Source of the DNA: Octopus sinensis | Taxonomy: Eukaryota | DNA length: 42,012 bases | Direction of reading: 5' to 3' | NCBI RefSeq assembly: GCF_006345805.1 | Contig: NW_021835157.1 | Location: 1-42,012, forward strand | Part shown: piece by piece, positions 12,701 through 25,337 of the stretch | How positions within the stretch are numbered: position 1 is the first letter of the stretch | Layout of the letters: every line of letters begins with the position of its first letter | The notes under the pieces: generated by a model | Seen by the model: only the letters and a program-made list of their open reading frames with translations | What the model was told of the DNA's origin: nothing | Databases searched by the model: none | Made by a program: the position numbers and the translations under genes

Positions 12701-15700
12701 GGAGCAACACCGTTTTTTAGGTGTCAGCTATGAGCAAGGAGCAACACCATCTCTTAGGTGTCAGCTATGACCAAGGAGCAACACCGTCTCTTAGGTGTCA
12801 GCTAGGACCAAAGAGCAACACCGTCTCTTATGTGTCAGCTAGGACCAAGGAGCAAACACCGTCTCTTAGGTGTCAGCTATGACCAAGGAGCAACACCGTC
12901 TCTTAGTGTGTCAGCTATGACCAAGGAACAACACCGTCTCTTAGGTGTAGCTAGGACCAAGGAGCAACACCGTCTCTTATGTGTCAGCTATGACCAAGAG
13001 CAACACCGTCTCTTAGGTGTCAACTAGGACCAAGGAGCAACACATCTCTTAGGTGTCAGCTATGATCAAGGAGCAACACCGTCTCTTAGGTGTCAGATAG
13101 GACCATGGAGCAACACCGTCTCTTAGGTGTCAACTAGGACCAAGGAATAACACCGTCTCTTAGGTGTCAGCTATGATCAAGGAGCAACACCGTCTCTTAG
13201 GTGTCAGCTAGGACCAAGGAGCAACACCGTCTCTTAGGTGTCTGCTAGGACCAAGGAGCAACACCGTCTCTTAGGTGTCAGCTATGACCAAGGAGCAACA
13301 CCATCTCTTATGTGTCAGCTATGACCAAGGAGCAACACCGTCTCTTAGGTGTCAGCTATGACCAAGAAGCAACACCGTCTCTTAGGTGTCAGATAGGACC
13401 AAGGAGCAACACCGTCTCTTAGGTGTCAGCTATGACCAAGAAGCAAAACCGTCTCTTAGGTGTCAGCTATGACCAAGGAGCAACACCGTCTCTTAGGTGT
13501 CAGCTAGGACCAAGGAGCAACACCATCTCTTATGTGTCAGCTATGACCAAGGAGCAACACCATCTCTTAGGTGTCAGCTATGACCAAGGAGCAACACCAT
13601 CTCTTAGGTGTCAGCTATGACCAAGGAGCAACACCGTCTCTTAGGTGTCAGCTATGACCAAGGAGCAACACCGTCTCTTATGTGTCAGCTATGACCAAGG
13701 AACAACACCGTCTCTTAGGTGTTAGCTAGGACCAAGGAACAACACTGTCTCTTAGGTGTCAACGGACCAAGGAGCAAACCGTCTGTTAGGTGTCAGATAG
13801 GACCAAGGAGCAACACTGTCTTAGGTGTCAGATAGGACCAAGGAGCAACACCGTCTCTTAGGTGTCAGCTAGGACCAAGGAACAACACCGACTCTAGGTG
13901 TCAGCTATGACCAAAAAGGAAACACCATCTCTTAGGTGTCAGCTATGACCAAAAAGGAAACACCGTCTCTTAGGTGTCAGCTAGGACCAAGGAGCAACAC
14001 CGTCTGTTAGGAGTCAGCTATGACCAAGGAGCAACACCGTCTCTTATGTGTCAGCTAGGACCAAGGAGCAACACCATCTCTTAGGTGTCAGCTATGACCA
14101 AAGAGCAACACCGTCTCTTAGGTGTCAGCTATGACCAAAGAGCAACACCGTCTCTTAGGTGTCAGCTATGACCAAGGAACAACACCGTCTCTTAGGTGTT
14201 AGCTAGGACCAAGGAGCAACACCGTCTATTATGTGTCAGCTATGACCAAGGAACAACACCGTCTCTTAGGTGTCAGCTATGACCAAGAAGCAACGCCGTC
14301 TCTTAGGTGTCAGCTATGACCAAGGAACAATACCGTCTCTTAGGTGTTTGCGAGGACCAAGGAGCAACACCGTTTCTTAGGTGTCAGCTATGAGCAAGGA
14401 GCAACACCGTCTCTTAGGTGTCAGCTATGACCAAGGAGCAACACCGTCTCTTAGGTGTCAGCTAGGACCAAAGAGCAACACCGTCTCTTATGTGTCAGCT
14501 AGGACCAAGGAGCAACACCGTCTCTTAGGTGTCAGCTATGACCAAGGAGCAACACCGTCTCTTATGTGTCAGCTATGACCAAGGAACAACACCGTCTCTT
14601 AGGTGTTAGCTAGGACCAAGGAGCAACACCGTCTCTTATGTGTCAGCTATGACCAAGGAGCAACACCGTCTCTTAGGTGTCAACTAGGACCAAGGAGCAG
14701 CACCATCTCTTAGGTGTCAGCTATGATCAAGGAGCAACACCGTCTCTTAGGTGTCAGATAGGACCATGGAGCAACACCGTCTCTTAGGTGTCAACTAGGA
14801 CCAAGGAGCAACACCGTCTCTTAGGTGTCAGCTATGATCAAGGAGCAACACCGTCTCTTAGGTGTCAGCTATGACCAAGGAGCAACACCGTCTCTTAGGT
14901 GTCAGCTATGACCAAGGAGCAACACCGTCTCTTAGGTGTCAACTAGGACCAAGGAGCAACACCATCTCTTATGTGTCAGCTATGACCAAGGAGCAACACC
15001 GTCTCTTAGATGTCAACTAGGACCAAGGAGCAACACACTCTCTTATGTGTCAGCTATGACCAAGGAGCAACACCGTCTCTTAGGTGTCTGCTAGGACCAA
15101 AGAGCAACACCGTCTCTTAGGTGTCAGCTATGACCAAGGAGCAACACCATCTCTTATGTGTCAGCTATGACCAAGGAGCAACACCGTCTTAGGTGTCAGC
15201 TATGACCAAGAAGCAACACCGTCTCTTAGGTGTCAGATAGGACCAAGGAGCAACACCGTCTCTTAGGTGTCAGCTATGACCAAGAAGCAAACCGTCTCTT
15301 AGGTGTCAGCTATGACCAAGAGGAGCAACACCGTCTCTTAGGTGTCAGCTAGGACCAAGGAGCAACACCACTCTTATGTGTCAGCTATGACCAAAGAGCA
15401 ACACCCATCTTAGGTGTCAGCTATGACCAAGGAGCAACACCATCTCTTAGGTGTCAGCTATGACCAAGGAGCAACACCGTCTCTTAGGTGTCAGCTATAA
15501 CCAAGGAGCAACACCGTCTATTATGTGTCAGCTATGACCAAGGAACCACACCGTCTCTTAGGTGTTAGCTAGGACCAAGGAACAACACCGTCTCTTAGGT
15601 GTCAACGAGGACCAAGGAGCAACACCGTCTGTTAGGTGTCAGATAGGACCAAGGAGCAACACCGTCTCTTAGGTGTCAGCTATGACCAAGAAGCAACACC

Positions 15701-18700
15701 GTCTCTTAGGTGTCAGCTATGACCAAGGAGCAACACCGTCTCTTAGGTGTCAGATAGGACCAAGGAGCAACACCGTCTCTTAGGTGTCAGCTATAACCAA
15801 GAAGCAAAACCGTCTGTTAGGTGTCAGCTATGACCAAGGAGCAACACCGTCTCTTAGGTGTCAGCTATGACCAAGAAGCAAAACCGTCTCTTAGGTGTCA
15901 GCTATGACCAAGTAGCAACACCGTCTCTTAGGTGTCAGCTATGATCAAGGAGCAACACCGTCTCTTAGGTGTCAGATAGGACCAAGGAACAACACCGTCT
16001 CTTAGGTGTCAGCTATGATCAAGGAGCAACACCGTCTCTTAGGTGTCTGCTAGGACCAAGGAACAAAACCGTCTCTTGGTGTCAGCTATGATCAAGGAGC
16101 AACACCGTCTCTTAGGTGTCAGATAGGACCAAGGAACAACACCGTCTCTTAGGTGTCAGCTATGATCAAGGAGCAACACTGTCTCTTAGGTGTCTGCTAG
16201 GACCAAGGAACAACACCGTCTCTTAGGTGTCAGCTATGACCAAGGAGCAACACCGTCTCTTAGGTGTCTGCTAGGACCAAAGAGCAACACCGTGTCTTAG
16301 GTGTCAGCTATGACCAAGGAGCAACACCGTCTCTTATGTGTCTGCTAGGACCAAGGAACAACACCGTCTCTTAGGTGTCAACTATGACCAAGGAGCAACA
16401 CCGCTTCTTAGGTGTCAGCTAGGACAAAGAAACAACACCGTCTGTTAGGCGTCAGCTATGACCAAGGAGCAACACCGTCTCTTAGGTGTCTGCTAGGACC
16501 AAGGACAACACCGCCTCTTAGGTGTCAGCTATGACCAAGGAATAACACCGTCTCTTAGGTGTCAGCTATGACCAAGGAGCAACACCGTCTCTTAGGTGTC
16601 AGCTATGACCAAAGAGCAACACCGTCTCTTATGTGTCAGCTATGACCAAGGAGCAACACCGTCTCTTAGGTGTCTGCTAGGACCAAGGAGCAACACCGTC
16701 TCTTAGGTGTCTGCTAGAACCGAAGAGCAACACCGTCTCTTAGGTGTCAGCTATGACCAAGGAACAACACCGTCTCTTAGGTGTCAGCTATGACCAAGGA
16801 GCAACACCGTCTCTTAGGTGTCAGCTATGACCTAAGAGCAACACCGTCTCTTATGTGTCAGCTATGACCAAGGAGCAACACCGTCTCTTAGGTGTCTGCT
16901 AGGACCAAGGAACAACACCGTCTCTTAGGTGTCAGCTATGACCAAGGAGCAACACCGTCTCTTAGGTGTCTGCTAGGACCAAAGAGCAACACCGTGTCTT
17001 AGGTGTCAGCTATGACCAAGGAGCAACACCGTCTCTTATGTGTCTGCTAGGACCAAGGAACAACACCGTCTCTTAGGTGTCAACTATGACCAAGGAGCAA
17101 CACCGCTTCTTAGGTGTCAGCTAGGACCAAGAAACAACACCGTCTGTTAGGCGTCAGCTATGACCAAGGAGCAACACCGTCTCTTAGGTGTCTGCTAGGA
17201 CCAAGGAACAACACCGCCTCTTAGGTGTCAGCTATGACCAAGGAATAACACCGTCTCTTAGGTGTCAGCTATGACCAAGGAGCAACACCGTCTCTTAGGT
17301 GTCAGCTATGACCAAAGAGCAACACCGTCTCTTATGTGTCAGCTATGACCAAGGAGCAACACCGTCTCTTAGGTGTCTGCTAGGACCAAGGAACAACACC
17401 GTCTCTTAGGTGTCAGCTATGACCAAGGAGCAACACCGTCTCTTAGGTGTCTGCTAGAACCGAAGAGCAACACCGACTCTTAGGTGTCAGCTATGACCAA
17501 GGAACAACACTGTCTCTTAGGTGTCAGCTATGACCAAGGAGCAACACCGTCTCTTAGGTGACAGCTATGACCTAAGAGCAACACCGTCTCTTATGTGTCA
17601 GCTATGACCAAGGAGCAACACCGTCTCTTAGGTGTCAACTAGGACCAAGGAGCAACATCATCTCTTAGGTGTCAGCTATGACCAAGGAGCAACACCATCT
17701 CTTATGTGTCAGCTATGACCAAGGAGCAACACCGTCTCTTAGGTGTCAGCTATGACCAAGGAGCAACACCGTTTCTTAGGTGTCAGCTATGAGCAAGGAG
17801 CAACACCGTCTCTTCGGTGTCAGCTATGACCAAGGAGCAACACTGTCTCTTAGGTGTCAGCTAGGACCAAAGAGCAACACCGTCTCTTATGTGTCAGCTA
17901 TGACCAAGGAGCAACACCGTCTCTTATGTGTCAGCTATGACCAAGGAGCAACACCGTCTTTTAGGTGTCAGCTATGACCAAGGAGCAACACCGTCTCTTA
18001 GGTGTCAGCTAGGACCAAGGAGCAACACCGTTTCTTAGGTGTCAGCTAGGACCGAGGAGCAACACCGTCTCTTAGGTGTCAGCTATGACCAAGGAGCAAC
18101 ACCGTCTCTTATGTGTCAGCTATGACCAAGGAACAACACCGTCTCTTAGGTGTTAGCTAGGACCAAGGAGCAACACCGTCTCTTATGTGTCAGCTATGAC
18201 CAAGGAGCAACACCGTCTCTTAGGTGTCAACTAGGACCAAGGAGCAGCACCATCTCTTAGGTGTCAGCTATGATCAAGGAGCAACACCGTCTCTTAGGTG
18301 TCAGATAGGACCAAGGAGCAACACCGTCTCTTAGGTGTCAACTAGGACCAAGGAATAACACCGTCTCTTAGGTGTCAGCTATGATCAAGGAGCAACACCG
18401 TCTCATAGGTGTCAGATAGGACCAAGGAGCAACACCGTCTCTTAGGTGTCAGCTATGACCAAGGTGCAACACCATCTCTTATGTGTCAGCTATGACCAAG
18501 GAGCAACACCGTCTCTTAGGTGTCAACTAGGACCAAAGAGCAACACCATCTCTTAGGTGACAGCTATGACCAAGGAGCAACACCGTCTCTTATGTGTCAG
18601 CTATGACCAAGGAGCAACACCGTCTCTTAGGTGTCAGCTAGGACCAAGGAGCAACACCATCTCTTATGTGTCAGCTATGACCAAGGAGCAACACCATCTC

Positions 18701-21700
18701 TTAGGTGTCAGCTATGACCAAGGAGCAACACCATCTCTTAGGTGTCAGCTATGACCAAGGAGCAACACCGTCTCTTAGGTGTCAGCTATAACCAAGGAGC
18801 AACACCGTCTATTATGTGTCAGCTATGACCAAGGAACCACACAGTCTCTTAGGTGATAGCTAGGACCAAGGAACAACACCGTCTCTTAGGTGTCAACTAG
18901 GACCAAGGAGCAACACCGTCTGTTAGGTGTCAGATAGGACCAAGGAGCAACACTGTCTCTTAGGTGTCAGCTATGACCAAGAAGCAACACCGTCTCTTAG
19001 GTGTCAGCTATGACCAAGGAACAACACCGTCTCTTAGGTGTCAGCTATGACCAAGGAGCAACACCGTCTCTTAGGTGTCAGCTATGACCAAGAGCAACAC
19101 CGTCTCTTATGTGTCAGCTATGACCAAGGAGCAAACCGTCTCTTAGGTGTCAATAGGACCAAGGAGCAACATCATCTCTTAGGTGTCAGCTATGACCAAG
19201 GAGCAACACCATCTCTTATGTGTCAGCTAGGCAAGGAGCAACACCGTCTCTTAGGTGTCAGCTATGACCAAGGAGCAAACCGTTTCTTAGGTGTCAGCTA
19301 TGAGCAAGGAAACACCGTCTCTTAGTGTCAGCTTATGACCAAGGAGCAACACCGTCTCTTAGGTGTCAGCTAGGACCAAGAGCAACACCGTCCTATGTGT
19401 CAGCTATGACCAAGGAGCAACACCGTCTCTTATGTGTCAGCTATGACCAAGGAGCAACACCGTCTTTTAGGTGTCAGCTATGACCAAGGAGCAACACCGT
19501 CTCTTAGTGTCAGCTATGACCAAGGAACAACACGTCTCTTAGGTGTTAGCTAGGACCAAGGAGCAACACCGTCTCTATGTGTCAGCTATGACCAAGGAGC
19601 AACACCGTCTCTTAGGTGTCAACTAGGACCAAGGAGCAGCACCATCTTTTAGGTGTCAGCTATGATCAAAGAGCAACACCGTCTCTTAGGTGTCAGATAG
19701 GACCAAGGAGCAACACCGTCTCTTAGGTGTCAACTAGGACCAAGGAATAACACCGTCTCTTAGGTGTCAGCTATGATCAAGGAGCAACACCGTCTCTTAG
19801 GTGTCAGCTATGACCAAGGAGCAACACCATCTCTTATGTGTCAGCTATGACCAAGGAGCAACACCGTCTCTTAGGTGTCAACTAGGACCAAGGAGCAACA
19901 CCATCTCTTAGGTGTCAGCTATGACCAAGGAGCAACACCGTCTCTTATGTGTCAGCTATGACCAAGGAGCAACACCGTCTCTTAGGTGTCAACTAGGACC
20001 AAGGAGCAACACCATCTCTTAGGTGTCAGCTATGACCAAGGAGCAACACCATCTCTTAGGTGTCAGCTATGACCAAGGAGCAACACCGTCTCTTAGGTGT
20101 CAGCTATGACCAAGGAGCAACACCGTCTCTTAGGTGTCAGCTATGACCAAGGAGGAGCAACACCGTCTTATGTGTCAGCTATGACCAAGGAACCACACCG
20201 TCTCTTAGGTGTTCAGCTAGGACCAAGGAACAACACCGTCTCTTAGGTGTCAACTAGGACCAAGGAGCAACACCGTCTGTTAGTGTGTGTCAGATAGGAC
20301 CAAGGAGCAACACCGTCTCTTAGGTGTCAGCTATGACCAAGAAGAAACACCGTCTCTTAGGTGTCAGCTATGACCAACAGAGCACCGTCTCTTAGGTGGT
20401 GTCATATAGACCAAGGAGCAACACCGTCTCTTAGGTGTCAGCTATGACCAGAAGCAAAACCGTCTCTTAGGTGTCAGCTATGACCAAGGAGCAACACCGT
20501 CTCTTAGGTGTCAGCTAGGCCAAGAAGCAAAACCGTCCCTTAGGTGTCAGCTAGGACCAAGGAGCAACACCGTCTCTTAGTCACTAGGACCAAGGAGCAA
20601 CATCATCTCTTAGGTGTCAGCTATGACCAAGGACAACACCATCTCTTATGTGTCAGCTATGACCAAGGAGCAAACCGTCTCTTAGGTGTCAGCTATGACC
20701 AAGGAGCAACACCGTTTCTTAGGTGTCAGCTATGAGCAAGGAGCAACTCCGTCTCTTAGGTGTCAGCTATGACCAAGGAGCAACACGTCTCTTAGGTGTC
20801 AGCTAGGACCAAGAGCAACACCGTCTCTTATGTGTCAGCTATGACCAAGGAGCAACACCGTCTCTTATGTGTCAGCTATGACCAAGGAGCAACACCGTCT
20901 TTTAGGTGTCAGCTATGACCATGGAGCAACACCGTCTCTTAGGTCAGTCAGACCAAGGAGCAACACCGTCTCTTAGGTGTCAGCTAGGACCAAGGAACAA
21001 CACCGTCTCTTAGGTGTCAGCTATGACCAAGGAGCAACACCGTCTCTTATGTGTCAGCTATGACCAAGGAACAACACCGTCTCTTAGGTGTTAGCTAGGA
21101 CCAAGGAGCAACACCGTCTCTTATGTGTCAGCTATGACCAAGGAGCAACACCGTCTCTTAGGTGTCAACTAGGAGGACCAAGGAGCCCAAATCTCTTAGG
21201 TGTCAGCTATGATCAAGGAGCAACACCGTCTCTTAGGTGTCAGCTAGGACCAAGGAGCAACACCGTCTCTTAGGTGTCAGCTAGGACCAAGGAACAACAC
21301 CGTCTCTTAGGTGTCAGCTATGACCAAGGAGCAACACCGTCTCTTAGGTGTCAGCTAGGACCAAGGAGCAACACCGTCTCTTAGGTGTCAGCTATGACCA
21401 AGGAGCAACACCGTCTCTTAGGTGTCAGCTATGACCAAGGAGCAACACCGTCTCTTAGGTGTCAGCTAGGACCAAGGAGCAACACCGTCTCTTAGGTGTC
21501 AGCTATGACCAAGGAGCAACACCGTCTCTTATGTGTCAGCTATGACCAAGGAGCAACACCGTCTCTTAGGTGTCAGCTAGGACCAAGGAGCAACACCATC
21601 TCTTATGTGTCAGCTATGACCAAGGAGCAACACCATCTCTTAGGTGTCAGCTATGACCAAGGAGCAACACCATCTCTTAGGTGTCAGCTATGACCAAGGA

Positions 21701-23140
21701 GCAACACCGTCTCTTAGGTGTCAGCTATAACCAAGGAGCAACACCGTCTATTATGTGTCAGCTATGACCAAGGAACCACACCGTCTCTTAGGTGTTAGCT
21801 AGGACCAAGGAACAACACCGTCTCTTAGGTGTCAACTAGGACCAAGGAGCAACACCGTCTCTTAGGTGTCTGCTAGGACCAAGGAACAACACCGTCTCTT
21901 TGGTGTCAGCTATGATCAAGGAGCAACACCGTCTCTTAGGTGTCAGATAGGACCAAGGAACAACACCGTCTCTTAGGTGTCAGCTATGATCAAGGAGCAA
22001 CACTGTCTCTTAGGTGTCTGCTAGGACCAAGGAACAACACCTTCTCTTAGGTGTCAGCTATGACCAAGGAGCAACACCGTCTCTTAGGTATCTGCTAGGA
22101 CCAAAGAGCAACACCGTGTCATAGGTGTCAGCTATGACCAAGGAGCAACACCGTCTCTTAGGTGTCTGCTAGGACCAAGGAACAACACCGTCTCTTAGGT
22201 GTCAACTATGACGAAGGAGCAACACCGTTTCTTAGGTGTCAGCTAGGACCAAGAAACAACACCGTCTGTTAGGCGTCAGCTATGACCAAGGAGCAACACC
22301 GTCTCTTAGGTGTCTGCTAGGACCAAGGAACAACACCGCCTCTTAGGTGTCAGCTATGACCAAGGAACAACACCGTCTCTTAGGTGTCAGCTATGACCAA
22401 GGAGCAACACCGTCTCTTAGGTGTCAGCTATGACCAAAGAGCAACACCGTCTCTTAGGTGTCAGCTATGACCAAAGAGCAACACCGTCTCTTATGTGTCA
22501 GCTATGACCAAGGAGCAACACCGTCTCTTAGGTGTCTTGTAGGACCAAGGAACAACACCGTCTCTTAGGTGTCAGCTATGACCAAGGAGCAACACCGTCT
22601 CTTAGGTGTCTGCTAGAACCAAAGAGCAACACCGTCTCTTAGGTGTCAGCTATGACCAAGGAACAACACCGTCTCTTAGGTGTCAGCTATGAACAAGGAG
22701 CAACACCGTCTCTTAGGTGTCAGCTATGACCAAGGAGCAACACCGTCTCTTATGTGTCAGCTATGACCAAGGAGCAACACCGTCTCTTAGGTGTCAGCTA
22801 TGACCAAGGAGCAACACCGTCTCTTAGGTGTCAGCTATGACCAAGGAGCAACACCGTCTCTTAGGTGTCTGCTAGGACCAAGGAGCAACACCGTTTCTTA
22901 GGTGTCAGCTAGGACCAAGAAACAACACCGTCTGTTAGGTGTCAGCTATGACCAAGGAGCAACACCGTTCCTTAGGTGTCAGCTATGATCAAGGAACAAC
23001 ATCGTCTCTTAGGTGTCAGCTAGGACCAAAGAGCAACACCGTTTCTTAGGTGTCAGCTATGATCAAGGAACAACACCGTCTCTTAGGTGTCAGCAAGAAC
23101 CAAGGAGCAACACAGTCTCTTAGGTGTCAGCTAGGACCAA
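716..23140. repeat. Tandem satellite, 37-bp monomer, about 600 copies, consensus GTGTCAGCTA(T/G)GACCAAGGAGCAACACCGTCTCTTA(G/T)
   Basis: Direct: contiguous head-to-tail copies with no spacers over 22.4 kb (22425/37 is about 606). The monomer is not a multiple of 3 and stops recur on both strands, so it is non-coding. Confidence 0.99.
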
Positions 23141-23149
23141 GCTGCAACG

Positions 23150-23199
23150 TATATATATATATATATATACATACATACATACATACATATATATATATA
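23150..23199. repeat. (TA)n/(TACA)n microsatellite between the satellite and the LINE 3' end
   Basis: Direct sequence. Confidence 0.97.
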
Positions 23200-23284
23200 A
23201 CTTAGAATAACTTACAAAGGTTTTGGCCAGTATTGGCCCAGGCCATGTCTAACTTAATAGCACCACCTGGCGAAGTCTTTCAGT

Positions 23285-25205
23285 TCAGGATTTGGGCACC
23301 AAGGCCCATTCGAGCAGAGAGTTATTGTTTGCGGAGACATATCCGGGTGTGGGTGGTTTGTCCGGTGCTGTTTGAAGGAATTTGTCCAAAGACTTCTTGA
23401 ATTTTGTGTGGTCAGTTTCTTTTTTGACGTGTCCTGGTGTAATGTTGAAGAGAGCAGGTCCAATTGAGGTGAAATAGTTGTGCCGTATTGTCGTTATGTG
23501 ATGCGATTTAGATTTTTGTTGTGGACGGATGGCACGTGGTCCAAGCCTTGGATGCATTTTGAAGGTGATGCCAACATCATTCGGACAGTGCTGATGGAAT
23601 ATTTTCCACATCATACAGATAATGTAGCGTTCACGGCGTCGTTGGAGTGAATACAATTTCAGCTTCTCTAGTCTACCCCAGTAGTCAAGGTCTGACATGC
23701 CATCTATCTTTTTTGTGATTGACCTTCAATTCTCATAATATTTTGTTTTGTGTAGGGAGACCACAGTGGACAGCAGTATTCAAGGTGGGGTCGAGCAAAA
23801 GTGGAGAAGAGAAGGATAATAGCATGGGAATCTCTCGACTGGAAGGTTCTGAGAATCCAGGAACACATTCTGCGGGCCATGTCAACTTTGCTGCTTATAT
23901 GTGTAGCCCAGCTTATGTTGTTGTCCACTGTTACTCCCAGGTCTCTGATGTTGTTGGATGCCATGAGAATTTCTCCAGAAGGAAGAGAGTATGGGAGTTT
24001 CAGAGCGTCCTCCCTTCCAAAGTGGATCAGTTCAAATTTGTCTTCATTTAGCAACATGTTATTCTTTTCCGCCCATTGGACAACAGCCAGTAGGTCTGAC
24101 TGAAGGTTTATTCGGTCATCCACGCCATTGATGACCTTCTGGAGCTTGGAATCATCAGCGAAGGTTCTGATGTTACTGTGTTTGATGGTGTCAGTAATAT
24201 CATTTATGTAGATGATGAAGAGAAGTGGGCCCAACACAGTGCCTTGTGGGACACCACTGCTGACTTTGGCTGGGCTGGATTTGACTCCTTCGACTACAAC
24301 ATGTTGGGTTCTGTTAGACAGGAAGCACTTGATCCACTGCAGCAGCTTTCCAGTGACACCAATATTGGACAGCTTTCTCTGAAGGATCTTATGATCAACC
24401 CTGTCAAAGGCCTTGCTGAAATCAAGGTAGATGACATCAGTGTTGGAACCCTCTCCCAAGGCTCTCAAAATGTCATCAAAATGATGCAGTAGCTGCGTCA
24501 GGCAATCTCTCCCATTACGGAATCCATGCTGGTTGGGGTTCAGCATATTATGACTCTCAAGGAAGTGAGTCATACGCGATCTCAACACCCTCTCAAATAC
24601 CTTGATGATATGAGAGGTGAGTGAGATTGGACGGAAATTCACGGCAAGCGATTTGTTTCCTTTTTTGAAAACTGGGACAACAGACTGGGATAGAAGGTCT
24701 TCTGGTATATATCCAGCATCCAGTGAGTTCCGCCACAGATTGGCTAGAGGGGGTGCAAGTTGGTTTTGACACATCTTCAAGACACAAGCAGGGAACCTAT
24801 CGGGACCTTTATTGCTGCTAAGACATCAGGAGCGCCAAATGTTATGTCCGATAAAGTGTATTGGGGAGTAACATCACTGATACAGCCCAGATCAGTCATA
24901 TCAGGATTGCTGAAAACAGAGCAATATTGTTTCTGCAATATCTCTCCCATGGTTTTGGCATTGTCTTGAAGAGTACCATTTTCATCAATCAGAGGGCCAA
25001 CAGTAGAACCAGTGACTCTGTGTTTGTTTGCAAATGAAAAGAACACTTTGGGATTGAGTTTGATCTTCTCTATGGCCCAGGCCTCTTCAGCTCTTCGCTG
25101 ACTATTGATGATAGACATCATGTTGTTTTGGAGCTTATGTTTTTTAATCTCTAGCGACGAGATGGCAGTCAGGTTGGTGTGTTGCTGTTGACAGTATTTC
25201 AGCAT
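23285..25205 (-). pseudogene. LINE ORF2 reverse transcriptase and C-terminal domain (frameshifted)
   Basis: FRPISLTS, QHGFR, YLDFSKAFDRV, GVPQGTVLGPLLF, FADDSK, DLGV, RPHLEYCCPLWSP, LYSLQRRRERY. Small deletions with frameshift near 24807 (AAIK|GPDRFP) and near 23720 (IE|TKKIDGMSDLDYW). Confidence 0.93.
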
Positions 25206-25337
25206 GTTGATCTTTTTGTTGATTCTTTTAATTTTCCTTATGAGAGATTTTCTATTTCTAGGGATTCGACACTTAGATTTGTTTGCAGATCTTAATGGGG
25301 TGTGTCTTGCACATATGTTCGTGATGGTGTCTACAAG

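Noticed and set aside
866-21693. Dozens of 60-102 aa ORFs (MSAMTKEQHRLLGVSYDQGATPSLRCQL...)
   Set aside because: These are translations of the 37-bp repeat cycling through three frames, most opened at GTG/ATG by chance, with stops in every 111-bp cycle of the consensus on both strands.
716-23140. CRISPR array (37-bp hairpin repeat of CRISPR-like length, next to an RT)
   Set aside because: There are no unique spacers: units are contiguous. No cas genes are present, the context is eukaryotic, and the neighbouring RT is an ordinary CR1 LINE.
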